Assembly (NCBI GenBank): GCA_964526155.1
Contig: CAZGLV010000001.1
Coordinates: 346,595 to 370,594 of the forward strand
Direction of reading: 5' to 3'
Length of the DNA: 24,000 bases
From: an uncultured Erysipelotrichaceae bacterium
GTDB taxonomy: Bacteria; Bacillota_I; Bacilli_A; Erysipelotrichales; Erysipelotrichaceae
Positions 9,418-17,756 of this stretch are shown piece by piece (position 1 is the stretch's first letter; every line of letters starts with the position of its first letter). The notes under the pieces were generated by a model. That model searched no databases. It saw nothing but the letters and a program-made list of their open reading frames with translations, and was not told the DNA's origin. The position numbers and the translations under genes were made by a program.

Positions 9418-11610
9418 ATGGACCTCAAACAACGAATATTGGATCGATTCGAACAAAACGGACAGACACTCTATCTGCTCGAACAATGGATCACAATGCT
9501 GGATCTCAAGGAAACAAGCGATATCGAACGCTTTTTTCAGGCGATCCGCGAGTTGGAAGAAGACGGTGAAATCACCAGCACACGTCAAAACAAAATCATA
9601 CGCACCAGCGACGCCGGATGGAAAACAGGTGTCATCAGTATCAATGCGAAAGGATTCGGTTTCGTGGATTTGGAGGAAGGATCCATCTACATCCATTCAT
9701 CCAATCTGAAAGATGCGATGCATCATGACACGGTCTTGGTGAAACCCAAGACATACAATGACGGAAGCAGCGAAGGCATCGTCGTCAAAGTACTCCAACG
9801 GGCGGTACCGCAAGTGGTCGTGGAGGCGGTACGTGACGCGTCTGGAATCAACTTCATCATCAACGATCCTCGTATCCGTCAAGGCGTCAAGTTTTTCGAT
9901 AGCGATCTTAGCCATATCACCGAAGGTGCGATCTTGGTCGCTCAGATCGTCGAGTATGGCGATCCCTTGATCGTAAAACTACTGAAAACACTGGGCTATA
10001 AGAATGAACCTGGCATGGATGTCTTGACCGTATTGGCCGAGTACAACGTCGAACCGGACTTTCCGAAAGAAGTCATGGACCAAGTCGCCAAGATTCCCAT
10101 GGAAGTGCAGGCGAAAGAGCTTGAGAAGCGCGTCGATTTTACCGATCGCGTGGTTGTGACGATCGACGGGGAAGATGCGAAAGACTTAGATGACGCGATC
10201 AGTTTAGCCAGAGTCGGCGACAAGTATAGCTTGCAAGTCCACATCGCGGATGTTAGCCACTATGTGACCGCATACTCGCCTTTAGACAAAGAAGCCGAAC
10301 ACCGAACGACATCCGTCTATGTTGTCGACCGTGTCGTCCCGATGTTACCTCATGCCTTATCAAATGGCATTTGTTCGTTGCATCCCGATGTTATACGGTT
10401 AACGCTTACCTGCGACATGTTAGTCGCCAAAGACGGTAGTGTCGAGTCTTATGAGATCGTACCTTCCTACATCCGATCGAAACATCGGATGACCTATACA
10501 AACGTCAATAAGATTCTAAAAGGTGACATGGAAGTCACCGAAAGATATAAGGAAGTCAAAGATCTGTTCTTCTTGATGAAGGAAGCCGCGGACCTAATTC
10601 GAAGTCGCCGTGAAGGCTTGGGTTCGATCAACTTCGAGACGATCGAATCGAAATTCAAAGTCGATGAAAAAGGAAAAGTACTGGCGATCGGGCCTCGCTT
10701 TCAAGATGAAGCCGAGTTGATCATCGAAGACTTCATGGTCTTGGCCAACGAAACCGTCGCCCGACATATGAAATGGTTAGATATCCCGGCGCTTTATCGT
10801 GTGCATGAGATTCCGGAAAAAGCGAAAATGCAGGAGTTCTCGAAAGTTCTCAATCCCTTTGGGGAACGACTTCGCGGCGATCTCAGTAACATCCAACCGA
10901 TCGTACTTCAACGTCTGTTGACGAAGTTTGAGAACAAGCCGGAGTTCCATGTCATTTCGACGGTTTTATTGAGAAGCATGCAGAAAGCGAAATACGACCC
11001 TCAATGCATCGGACACTTCGGATTAGCCCTTAAGGAATACTTACACTTCACCTCGCCGATACGACGTTATCCGGACTTGATCGTGCATCGTATGTTGCGA
11101 AAGTACCATTTCAACTTACCGGATGAGAACGCACGGATCGAAGATGAAAAATTGATGCAAACCTATGCGCTTGAGACCTCGGCCGGTGAACGTAATGCCG
11201 TCGAAGCCGAACGCGAAGTCGAGAACATGAAGAAAGCCGAGTTCATGATGGATCATATCGGAGAAACCCACATGGGAATCATCAGCGGTGTGACGCGATT
11301 CGGATTCTTCGTAGCGTTGGAGAATACCGTCGAAGGATTGGTCCATATCCAAACGTTAACGGATGACTACTATGAATTCGATGCCCGCGGTTATAGTCTA
11401 CGCGGTACCCGGACGCATCGTATGTTTGTGTTAGGCCAAAAGGTGAAAATCAAAGTCACCGGGGCAAGCAAAGAAAAGAAGACGGTGGATTTCCAATTGG
11501 CCGAAGAAGTGAAACACAAATCGACGGCACCGGTAGGGACAATGCATAAATCCACGCCAACCGCACACAAAGGGGGATCGGGACGTGGCCGTAAAAACCG
11601 TATCCGTTAA
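9418..11610 (+). CDS. rnr: Ribonuclease R (3'-5' exoribonuclease, RNB family)
   Basis: The RNB catalytic region is present: 'TIDGEDAKDLDDAIS', 'VHIADVSHYV', 'TSVYVVDRVVPMLP' and 'HFGLALKEYLHFTSPIRRYPDLIVHR'. There is a C-terminal S1 domain ('GIISGVTRFGFFVALENTVEGLVHI') and a basic tail. RBS is GGGAGGA. Confidence 0.95.
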   Translation: MDLKQRILDRFEQNGQTLYLLEQWITMLDLKETSDIERFFQAIRELEEDGEITSTRQNKIIRTSDAGWKTGVISINAKGFGFVDLEEGSIYIHSSNLKDAMHHDTVLVKPKTYNDGSSEGIVVKVLQRAVPQVVVEAVRDASGINFIINDPRIRQGVKFFDSDLSHITEGAILVAQIVEYGDPLIVKLLKTLGYKNEPGMDVLTVLAEYNVEPDFPKEVMDQVAKIPMEVQAKELEKRVDFTDRVVVTIDGEDAKDLDDAISLARVGDKYSLQVHIADVSHYVTAYSPLDKEAEHRTTSVYVVDRVVPMLPHALSNGICSLHPDVIRLTLTCDMLVAKDGSVESYEIVPSYIRSKHRMTYTNVNKILKGDMEVTERYKEVKDLFFLMKEAADLIRSRREGLGSINFETIESKFKVDEKGKVLAIGPRFQDEAELIIEDFMVLANETVARHMKWLDIPALYRVHEIPEKAKMQEFSKVLNPFGERLRGDLSNIQPIVLQRLLTKFENKPEFHVISTVLLRSMQKAKYDPQCIGHFGLALKEYLHFTSPIRRYPDLIVHRMLRKYHFNLPDENARIEDEKLMQTYALETSAGERNAVEAEREVENMKKAEFMMDHIGETHMGIISGVTRFGFFVALENTVEGLVHIQTLTDDYYEFDARGYSLRGTRTHRMFVLGQKVKIKVTGASKEKKTVDFQLAEEVKHKSTAPVGTMHKSTPTAHKGGSGRGRKNRIR

Positions 11611-12037
11611 TCGGAAAGCGACCCATGATTATTTTATCGTCGAACGATTCGAAGCCGGGATGGTTCTTCTCGGAACCGAAATCAAGTCGATCCGCAAAGG
11701 ATCCGTCCAATTCAAAGATGCATACATCGAATTCAAAAACGGCGAAGCCTTTATCCGCGAAATGTATATCGCGCAATATGAATTCGGGAATCGATTCAAT
11801 CATGAAGAAACTCGCGATCGAAAGTTGTTGATGCATAAGGCTGAAATCGCAAAGTTACAGAAGAAAGTCAAACTTAAAGGCTTTACCGTCATTCCGCTTC
11901 AGATGTATTTGAAAGACGGACGTGCAAAACTGGAAATCGCCTTGGCTGAAGGGAAAGATCTGCACGATAAACGTGAAGCATCGAAAGAACGCGACGCCAA
12001 ACGCGAGATCGACAAAATCATGAAGGATAAACGTTAA
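11585..12037 (+). CDS. smpB: SsrA-binding protein SmpB
   Basis: The GTG start has RBS 'AGGGGGA' 7 nt upstream and overlaps the rnr 3' end by 26 nt. Motifs 'NRKATHDYFIVERFEAGMVLLGTEIKSIR', 'RDRKLLMHKAEI' and 'GFTVIPLQMYLKDGRAKLEIALAEGK' identify the family. Confidence 0.93.
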   Translation: MAVKTVSVNRKATHDYFIVERFEAGMVLLGTEIKSIRKGSVQFKDAYIEFKNGEAFIREMYIAQYEFGNRFNHEETRDRKLLMHKAEIAKLQKKVKLKGFTVIPLQMYLKDGRAKLEIALAEGKDLHDKREASKERDAKREIDKIMKDKR

Positions 12038-12066
12038 AAAAGGATCGGAACTTCCGATCCTTTCGT
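12038..12066. terminator. Bidirectional terminator between smpB (+) and the DUF2207 gene (-)
   Basis: Stem 'aggatcgg' (12041-12048) pairs with 'ccgatcct' (12054-12061). An A-run lies on the left and a T-rich 'tttcgttt' on the right. It sits between two convergent stop codons. Confidence 0.7.
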
Positions 12067-12070
12067 TTGA

Positions 12071-13957
12071 TTACCAGTGACCGCCACCGCCGCCGCCGAA
12101 GCCGCCGCCGCTAAAGCCACCCCCGCCGCCACCGCCGAAGCTTCCGCCACCGCTGCCACGCGGGGTCGATGTCATCGTTCGATTCATCGAACCTAAAGTG
12201 TGGTTAAGATTATGCATGAATAAGTAAGAGTTCATCGAATGCGGGCCGACATACCATGAAGGTTGCTCCATCGCGATCGATTCGAACTTCTTTGACCAAA
12301 CATCCGATACATTTAACACGTAAGCATACGGTAAGACTTTATAGAAGTATTCCGGATCTTCTCTAACAAGCATCTCGAGTTTATCTTTTTCCGCGACACG
12401 AATGAAATTTCTTAGTCCGAGAATCCGCCCGAGATACTCCGTTCCAAGTTTCGTGCGCTTATCCATCACACTAACCAAGAGGATATTCAAGGCCATCAAA
12501 CCCAATAAGACAATCAGACTCAAGAGATCACGTCCGGCATAGAGGAAATAGCCGAGCATAAACATACTTGTGATAAATCCCAAGAAGACAATCGGAATCG
12601 CAAATCCGATCTTGCCGCCGATGCGCAACGAGATCCACTTCTGTCGCGCGATCGAGAACAAGAGAGTGAACGCGGTTCCCATTAATAAGATAGGGATCGC
12701 CATTCCAAATGATAACCCAGCTTGATACGTTTTAACATACAAGATTGCTACGAAGAATAGGTACGGAGGAAGCATGGACAAGACTCCCAAAATGAACTTA
12801 GCGAACGTGGAGTCCTTACGATAAATGTTGCGTGATTTATTTCCCTGGAAATGACGCTGGATGTCTGCCTGGGCATGCTGGATGTGCTGATAGAATGTAT
12901 TTTCCAGTTGCTTGTTGGTGACTTCGTCACGCCCCATAAACAAAGCATTGAAGAGCGAACGTTCACTGCGGATCTCCGAATCGGGGATCGGCATCAGCTT
13001 TGTCAACGTAAACCCGCTCTTTCCGGTCTCCGTGATCGTTAAATAACCTTTCGCGGCCCATTCGATGATCAACGACAAAACATCCCGCGAATCAACGAAG
13101 CCATCGAAGATGAATCCGACTTGTGCGCTGCTTAAACCGGGGATCGGATTGAACTCGACCGTCTCGACCGGTTTCTCATCACGTCCATAACGGAAATACG
13201 CCAAGACGATTAGAACACTCATCAATAACATAAACAGGATTGCCGGCAGACTGTAATCGGCCGCCGGGATAAAATCGAAGTAACCTTCCGGTAAATCGGC
13301 TTTAATGGTCAACGCGCTTCCGTATGAGATTACTTGATCATACGATCCTGTCAATGTGTTCCCAGTGATCGTGGTATTCAGATCGAGTGGAGTTCCGCTT
13401 CCGCTAGCGCCGCCATAGAAATAGACTTCTTCCGGCCAACCTTTGGGCAACGTGATCGAAAAATCCACATGTTCGATCTTATCGCTCCAGTATTGTCCGA
13501 CCAAATTCATGTAGAAGGACTGAAAGCCATTGAGGTCCAAATCCCGCATCTGCATCGTATAGGTGTAATGGTAAGTTTTCAATCCGCTGACATATTGGTT
13601 CGCATCTCCGATTTGCAGGTAGACGTTCCCGTTCTCGGTATACTGGTCCGCCACCGGATCTCCGATGACTTTCACGTCGCGAATCGGAAAATGATAAGAA
13701 CGTTGATATTCTTGCCCATCGATCGTCCAAGTCATATTGTAATCTTCGGGGATGACCGCATAGATTCCGTGTTGGCTGGTGTTGAACATCACGTCCAGCT
13801 TCTGGTCGACCGCGATCTTACCGTTCTCATCCACGACCATTTCGATTCTAAAGTTCTGGATGACGACATCGTCGAGCGCATGCGTCGAAATCGTCGAAGC
13901 GTACATTCCGACCGTCATCAAAAGGAAAGAAAACAAAATCAAAATTAGCTTTCTCAT
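12071..13957 (-). CDS. DUF2207-family membrane protein with Gly-rich C-terminal tail
   Basis: RBS GGAGGGA is present. The protein has an N-terminal signal/anchor 'LILILFSFLLMTVGMYA', an extracytoplasmic domain of about 230 aa, several TM segments, and the tail 'GSGGGSFGGGGGGGFSGGGFGGGGGGHW'. That tail, plus pairing with an upstream lemA, is typical of DUF2207 proteins. Confidence 0.8.
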   Translation of the reverse strand: MRKLILILFSFLLMTVGMYASTISTHALDDVVIQNFRIEMVVDENGKIAVDQKLDVMFNTSQHGIYAVIPEDYNMTWTIDGQEYQRSYHFPIRDVKVIGDPVADQYTENGNVYLQIGDANQYVSGLKTYHYTYTMQMRDLDLNGFQSFYMNLVGQYWSDKIEHVDFSITLPKGWPEEVYFYGGASGSGTPLDLNTTITGNTLTGSYDQVISYGSALTIKADLPEGYFDFIPAADYSLPAILFMLLMSVLIVLAYFRYGRDEKPVETVEFNPIPGLSSAQVGFIFDGFVDSRDVLSLIIEWAAKGYLTITETGKSGFTLTKLMPIPDSEIRSERSLFNALFMGRDEVTNKQLENTFYQHIQHAQADIQRHFQGNKSRNIYRKDSTFAKFILGVLSMLPPYLFFVAILYVKTYQAGLSFGMAIPILLMGTAFTLLFSIARQKWISLRIGGKIGFAIPIVFLGFITSMFMLGYFLYAGRDLLSLIVLLGLMALNILLVSVMDKRTKLGTEYLGRILGLRNFIRVAEKDKLEMLVREDPEYFYKVLPYAYVLNVSDVWSKKFESIAMEQPSWYVGPHSMNSYLFMHNLNHTLGSMNRTMTSTPRGSGGGSFGGGGGGGFSGGGFGGGGGGHW

Positions 13958-14000
13958 GATTCCCTCCTATAGGGGAAAGGGGAACATTGTTCCCCTTTTT

Positions 14001-14558
14001 TTAAAACTGGACCTTGACGTTCTGACGTTGCGCTTCATCCGTTACTTCAAACAACGGACGACGTTTGAATCCGAACATATTGGCGACGAAATTATTGGGG
14101 AAACGTTCCGTCGTCGTGTTGTATTCGCGAGTCGAACCATTATAGTACTTACGCGATTGAGCGATATCTTCTTCGACGACTTTCAGTTGTCCCTGCAGCT
14201 CCAAGAAATTGACGTTGGCTTTCAAATCCGGATACGCTTCCGCAATCGCAAACAATCGTCCCAACGCACCTTGGAAACTCGCTTCATTGGTCGCTTTCTC
14301 TTCCAATGTGCGTGATCCCTGCGCGGCGTTACGGGCGGCGATGACCTTCTCCAACGTCTCGCTTTCATGACGGGCGTAACCTTTGACGGTTTCGACCAAG
14401 TTCGGAATCAAGTCATACCGTTTTACCATGTAGACATCCATGGTAGAGAATGCTTCATCGACACGGTTACGTAGAGAAACAAGCGAGTTGTAAGCCGACA
14501 TGATCCAAAAACCGATGACCACGACTAGCCCGATCAGAATATAAGGGAGAAATTCCAT
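14001..14558 (-). CDS. lemA: LemA family protein (single N-terminal TM, cytoplasmic helical domain)
   Basis: The start was trimmed to the ATG at 14558, which has RBS 'GAGGAGG' 5 nt upstream. The TM segment 'FLPYILIGLVVVIGFWIMSAYN' is followed by 'LVSLRNRVDEAFSTMDVYMVKRYDLIPNLVETVKGYARHESETL' and 'YPDLKANVNFLELQGQL..VEEDIAQSRKYYN', which match LemA. Confidence 0.9.
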   Translation of the reverse strand: MEFLPYILIGLVVVIGFWIMSAYNSLVSLRNRVDEAFSTMDVYMVKRYDLIPNLVETVKGYARHESETLEKVIAARNAAQGSRTLEEKATNEASFQGALGRLFAIAEAYPDLKANVNFLELQGQLKVVEEDIAQSRKYYNGSTREYNTTTERFPNNFVANMFGFKRRPLFEVTDEAQRQNVKVQF

Positions 14559-14597
14559 AGAAACCTCCTCGTCACATTTTATGACGTGTATATTTTG

Positions 14598-14608
14598 ATT
14601 ATACTCCA
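14598..14608 (-). promoter_or_regulatory. Putative -10 region 'TGGAGTATAAT' of the lemA-DUF2207 operon
   Basis: The reverse complement reads 'ttttcacagacgctggcaTGGAGTATAATc'. TATAAT sits about 40 nt upstream of the lemA ATG, and a weak -35 (TTTTCA) lies at 17-nt spacing. Confidence 0.45.
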
Positions 14609-14723
14609 TGCCAGCGTCTGTGAAAAGGATGTCATGATTGGTTTCGCATCCGTTTTATTCGATTCGTTCGGGACTGTCCAAAAACAGAACGATTTATGCT
14701 ATCCTATGTCTAAGAGGTATCGC

Positions 14724-15698
14724 ATGAAAATCACACTCGGAACCTATACGAAACGAATCAGCCAAGGGATCTATACGATCGAGTTGGACCCGGATCAAAA
14801 AAGATTGCATGACTTGCGATTGGCCATTCAGGTATCGACGCCGACGTATCTTTCGGTCGAACAGGAAAAAACATTCTCGGTCGCATTCGATCAAAAAGGC
14901 GGCATCATTTTCTTTCGTGAGGGAAATGAAGTCGATCGGCATCTCGATGAAGCGGTCGCCCCGTGTTATGTCAGCCTACATCCCAATGGAAACACTCTCT
15001 TCACCGCGAACTACCATGGCGGGAATGTGGATATCTACGTGATCGAAAAGAATAAAATCCAACACTTCCAGCGTTTCCAATATCCGCTTGGATCCCATGC
15101 CCATAGTATTGATTATGTTTCATTGTTTGATGAAGTAATCGTATGCGATCTCGGATTGGATAAAGTCCATGCCTATGTCCAAAAAGAACAACGCTATGTT
15201 TTGAAGTATACTTATGAAGTGACACAAGGAAAAGGACCGCGCCACTTCGTCGTACATCCAAGGTTACCGATCCTGTATGTCTTGACGGAACTCAGCAGTG
15301 AAGTACTCGTTCTGCATCATGAAGAATCTGGACTCAGGTTGATCCAATCGATCGTGACGTTGCCGGAGGGAGAAGACGATATCAAGTGGGCTTCGGCAAT
15401 CCGAATATCCAAGGATGGTCGATTCCTCTATACGGGACAAAGAGGACACGATTCGATCAGCGTATTTAGAATCGACGAGAATGGAGAATTGAAACGGATC
15501 CAGACGATCCCATCATTTGGCAAGCATCCCCGCGACTTCGCTTTATCACCCGATCATCGTTTCTTAGTTTGCGCGAATTTGGATTCCGATAACCTGACAT
15601 TATATGAAAGAGACGGTGAAACCGGCTTGCTTACCTTGGTTCAAGAAGATGTGTATGCGCCGGAAGCCGTCTGCATCGTTTTCAATGATGATATTTGA
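14724..15698 (+). CDS. Lactonase, 7-bladed beta-propeller family (6-phosphogluconolactonase-like)
   Basis: The start was trimmed to ATG 14724 (RBS 'AAGAGG' 6 nt upstream). 'GKGPRHFVVHP', 'LYVLTELSSEV', 'ASAIRISKDGRFLYTGQRGHDSISVFRI', 'HPRDFALSPDHRFL' and 'NLTLYERDGETGLL' parallel E. coli Pgl (YbhE) blade motifs as I recall them. Confidence 0.82.
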   Translation: MKITLGTYTKRISQGIYTIELDPDQKRLHDLRLAIQVSTPTYLSVEQEKTFSVAFDQKGGIIFFREGNEVDRHLDEAVAPCYVSLHPNGNTLFTANYHGGNVDIYVIEKNKIQHFQRFQYPLGSHAHSIDYVSLFDEVIVCDLGLDKVHAYVQKEQRYVLKYTYEVTQGKGPRHFVVHPRLPILYVLTELSSEVLVLHHEESGLRLIQSIVTLPEGEDDIKWASAIRISKDGRFLYTGQRGHDSISVFRIDENGELKRIQTIPSFGKHPRDFALSPDHRFLVCANLDSDNLTLYERDGETGLLTLVQEDVYAPEAVCIVFNDDI

Positions 15699-15751
15699 TC
15701 CTCAAGATTCCCTCGCATTCCTCAGCCTACTTTATCTCAAAAAGAATGCCA

Positions 15752-15760
15752 TGGTATAAT
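15752..15760 (+). promoter_or_regulatory. Extended -10 element 'TGgTATAAT' upstream of the LacI-family gene
   Basis: TATAAT is at 15755-15760 with TG at 15752-15753, 25 nt before ATG 15786. The -35 is poor ('ttatct'). Confidence 0.4.
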
Positions 15761-15785
15761 TCTATAAAGAAGGGATGATCACTGG

Positions 15786-16766
15786 ATGGCAAACATCATC
15801 GACGTAGCAAAAAAAGCGGGAGTCGGCATCGCGACCGTTTCCAGGGTCGTCAATAACTCCGGTTATGTGAAAAAGGAAACCCGCGAGAAAGTGGAAAGTG
15901 TCATTCGCGAGATCGGCTTTGTTTCCAATGAGATCGCCCGCAGCATGGCGCTTCAAAAGAACAACTTGGTCGCGTTTCTTTTACCCAACAGTACGCATTT
16001 GTTTTTCGGAGAACTGATCGACGCGGTCGAAAAAGAATTGTATCGCAACGGATACATGCTGATGTTGTGTAACTCCAGCGAACAAATCGAAAAAGAGATT
16101 ACGTATATCGAAATGCTGAAGCGGAGTCGCGTGGATGCGTTGATCTTGTTGACGAACAACGATATCGAACCTTACTTGGAGAAGCGATTCCCGATTGTTT
16201 CGTTTGACCGCAGATTCGAAGGAGTTCCCTTCGTTGCGAGCGACAATTATAAAGGCGGCGTCATGGCTGCGCAGTACTTATTGAAAAAAGGATGTCGACA
16301 CTTCATGTTTATCGGCGATGACGCGCCAGGTGAATATTCGGTTTTCAACTCGGAAGTCGCGAAACGTAGAATCGGGTTTATCGAAGAGTTGAAACATCAC
16401 GGCATCGATAACATCATCAACATCGAATATCCTCTAGGCGATTACAAATCGATTCCCGAATCGATTTACCAAACGGTAATCGATCATCCCGAAGTCGACG
16501 GCATCTTCACCATCGACGATATCATCGCAGCCGAAGTCGTGCGACGAATGGAAAAAGTCGGTCGCAATGTTCCGAACGATGTCAAAATCATCGGGTTTGA
16601 CGGCGGACGCGAAACTTCGAATCTAGGGAAAGCGATCACTTCGATTTCACAGAGTCCGGAACGGATCGCGCAGGCGCTGGTCGAAAACGTATTACTGTTG
16701 ATTAACGGTGAAAAGGGCATAGATAAGATTGTTCCGATTGAGTTCATTCAAGGGGAAACGGCATAA
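15786..16766 (+). CDS. LacI family transcriptional regulator
   Basis: The N-terminal HTH 'MANIIDVAKKAGVGIATVSRVVNNSGYVKKETREKVESVIREIGFVSNEIARSM' is followed by a periplasmic-binding-protein-like sugar-binding fold ('VDALILLTNN', 'IIGFDG'). Confidence 0.9.
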   Translation: MANIIDVAKKAGVGIATVSRVVNNSGYVKKETREKVESVIREIGFVSNEIARSMALQKNNLVAFLLPNSTHLFFGELIDAVEKELYRNGYMLMLCNSSEQIEKEITYIEMLKRSRVDALILLTNNDIEPYLEKRFPIVSFDRRFEGVPFVASDNYKGGVMAAQYLLKKGCRHFMFIGDDAPGEYSVFNSEVAKRRIGFIEELKHHGIDNIINIEYPLGDYKSIPESIYQTVIDHPEVDGIFTIDDIIAAEVVRRMEKVGRNVPNDVKIIGFDGGRETSNLGKAITSISQSPERIAQALVENVLLLINGEKGIDKIVPIEFIQGETA

Positions 16767-16778
16767 CGCCGTTTTTTT
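16756..16778 (+). terminator. Rho-independent terminator after the LacI-family gene
   Basis: Stem 'aaacggc' / 'gccgttt' with loop 'ataac', overlapping the stop codon and followed by a T-run to 16778. Confidence 0.7.
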
Positions 16779-17108
16779 CACGGTGAAAGAAAAGTCAACG
16801 GCGAATCCAATCTTGGTATGCTTACGGTCCAAGGTTATTTTATGTTCTAAATGAAAACAATCACATCCTGTCCATATCGATCGAGCATCGGAAACACTAT
16901 GGTTATCATGCGCAGAGATTTCAATGACTATCGGAAAGGATCATACAGAAAAATTGTATTGTTCAGTTCAAACCCCGATCGAAAGGATAAGCTAACATTC
17001 CTCATTCACAAAGAGCGTTCCCCATTGAACTCCCTTTCTGTTAGTTTGTCAAACCATCGGGGTTAACTTCACATGGAATGTTCTTATTGTGTTTGTCAGA
17101 ATCAGAGT

Positions 17109-17141
17109 CATTGAAACATCGCATTTCAATTGGAGTATACT
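17109..17141 (+). promoter_or_regulatory. Putative promoter with overlapping inverted repeat for the 4-TM protein gene
   Basis: -35 'ttgaaa' is at 17111-17116 and 'TGGAGTATACT' at 17131-17141, giving a 19-nt spacer that is longer than optimal. A 7-bp inverted repeat 'attgaaa'(17110-17116) / 'tttcaat'(17124-17130) overlaps the -35. Confidence 0.35.
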
Positions 17142-17207
17142 TAAGTTAGGAGATATCAACCGAATTAAAACCGCTTTTAGAGGCAAACAACTCAAAAGGA
17201 GAGACCA

Positions 17208-17642
17208 ATGCGCACAATGAAAACCACCTCGCTATTGAAACCATTGATTCTAGTGACTTTGAGTGGACTTCTGTTGATCGCGTTCGCATTTGTACTATAT
17301 GTCTCGCTCTTTTTGCTTCAAGAATCCATTGGCAACGAAGCAAATAGATATGGATTTGTTTCCACATATCGTGCAAGTTACGGCATTATTTGGAGCGTTG
17401 TCGGTCTTATCGCTTATAAACTAAGACTACCGGATTGGTTGAAAGCCGGGTTTCTAACCGCTTCCATCGGAACCTTGTTGGTAACCTTCTCGGTCAACCA
17501 CTATCAATCCTTGTCTCAAATCATATTATTTGCGGGATCCGTAACTGCCATTGTTCTTTTCTTCTTAATCAAAACCAAACGGAAGTGGTATCACTTTTAC
17601 GCACTATCCCTCGCACTCCTTGCGGTACTTGCGTATATGTGA
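17208..17642 (+). CDS. Hypothetical small membrane protein (about 4 TM, 144 aa)
   Basis: RBS 'AAAGGAGAG' lies 5-6 nt upstream of the ATG. Four hydrophobic stretches are visible (for example 'LILVTLSGLLLIAFAFVLYVSLFLL' and 'IILFAGSVTAIVLFFLI'). No family was recognised. Confidence 0.6.
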   Translation: MRTMKTTSLLKPLILVTLSGLLLIAFAFVLYVSLFLLQESIGNEANRYGFVSTYRASYGIIWSVVGLIAYKLRLPDWLKAGFLTASIGTLLVTFSVNHYQSLSQIILFAGSVTAIVLFFLIKTKRKWYHFYALSLALLAVLAYM

Positions 17643-17713
17643 TGAATCAACAGCATTATCTGTGTATAAATCTTCCCATCTCGATATCCCTCACTTGAAG
17701 TATTTCGATTTCA

Positions 17714-17742
17714 TTGACAGTCCATCGCCGATATTCTATACT
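17714..17742 (+). promoter_or_regulatory. ssrA promoter: TTGACA-17-TATACT
   Basis: A consensus -35 'ttgaca' at 17714-17719 is followed by a 17-nt spacer and the -10 'tatact' at 17737-17742. The mature tmRNA 5' end (17757) is 15 nt downstream, consistent with a short processed leader. Confidence 0.75.
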
Positions 17743-17756
17743 ATGGACGCACACAT

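Noticed and set aside
9052-9696. 214-aa minus-strand ORF spanning secG and the rnr start.
   Set aside because: It overlaps two strongly supported plus-strand genes and their RBS and terminator elements. No start signals or motifs were seen.
12071-12165. GCC/GCCGCC-rich repetitive DNA at the left end of the DUF2207 gene, a possible tandem repeat.
   Set aside because: It is the in-frame coding sequence for the Gly/Phe-rich C-terminal tail typical of this family. It is not an independent repeat element.
13334-13948. 204-aa plus-strand ORF inside the DUF2207 gene.
   Set aside because: It is antisense to a well-supported CDS that has an RBS, a signal peptide and TM blocks. It has no RBS and its composition is not protein-like.
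16851-17066. 71-aa ORF in the long gap after the LacI gene.
   Set aside because: No Shine-Dalgarno sequence is present, the sequence is Ser/Arg/Lys-rich and unstructured, and there is no recognisable motif. It is treated as non-coding; see the finding on the gap.
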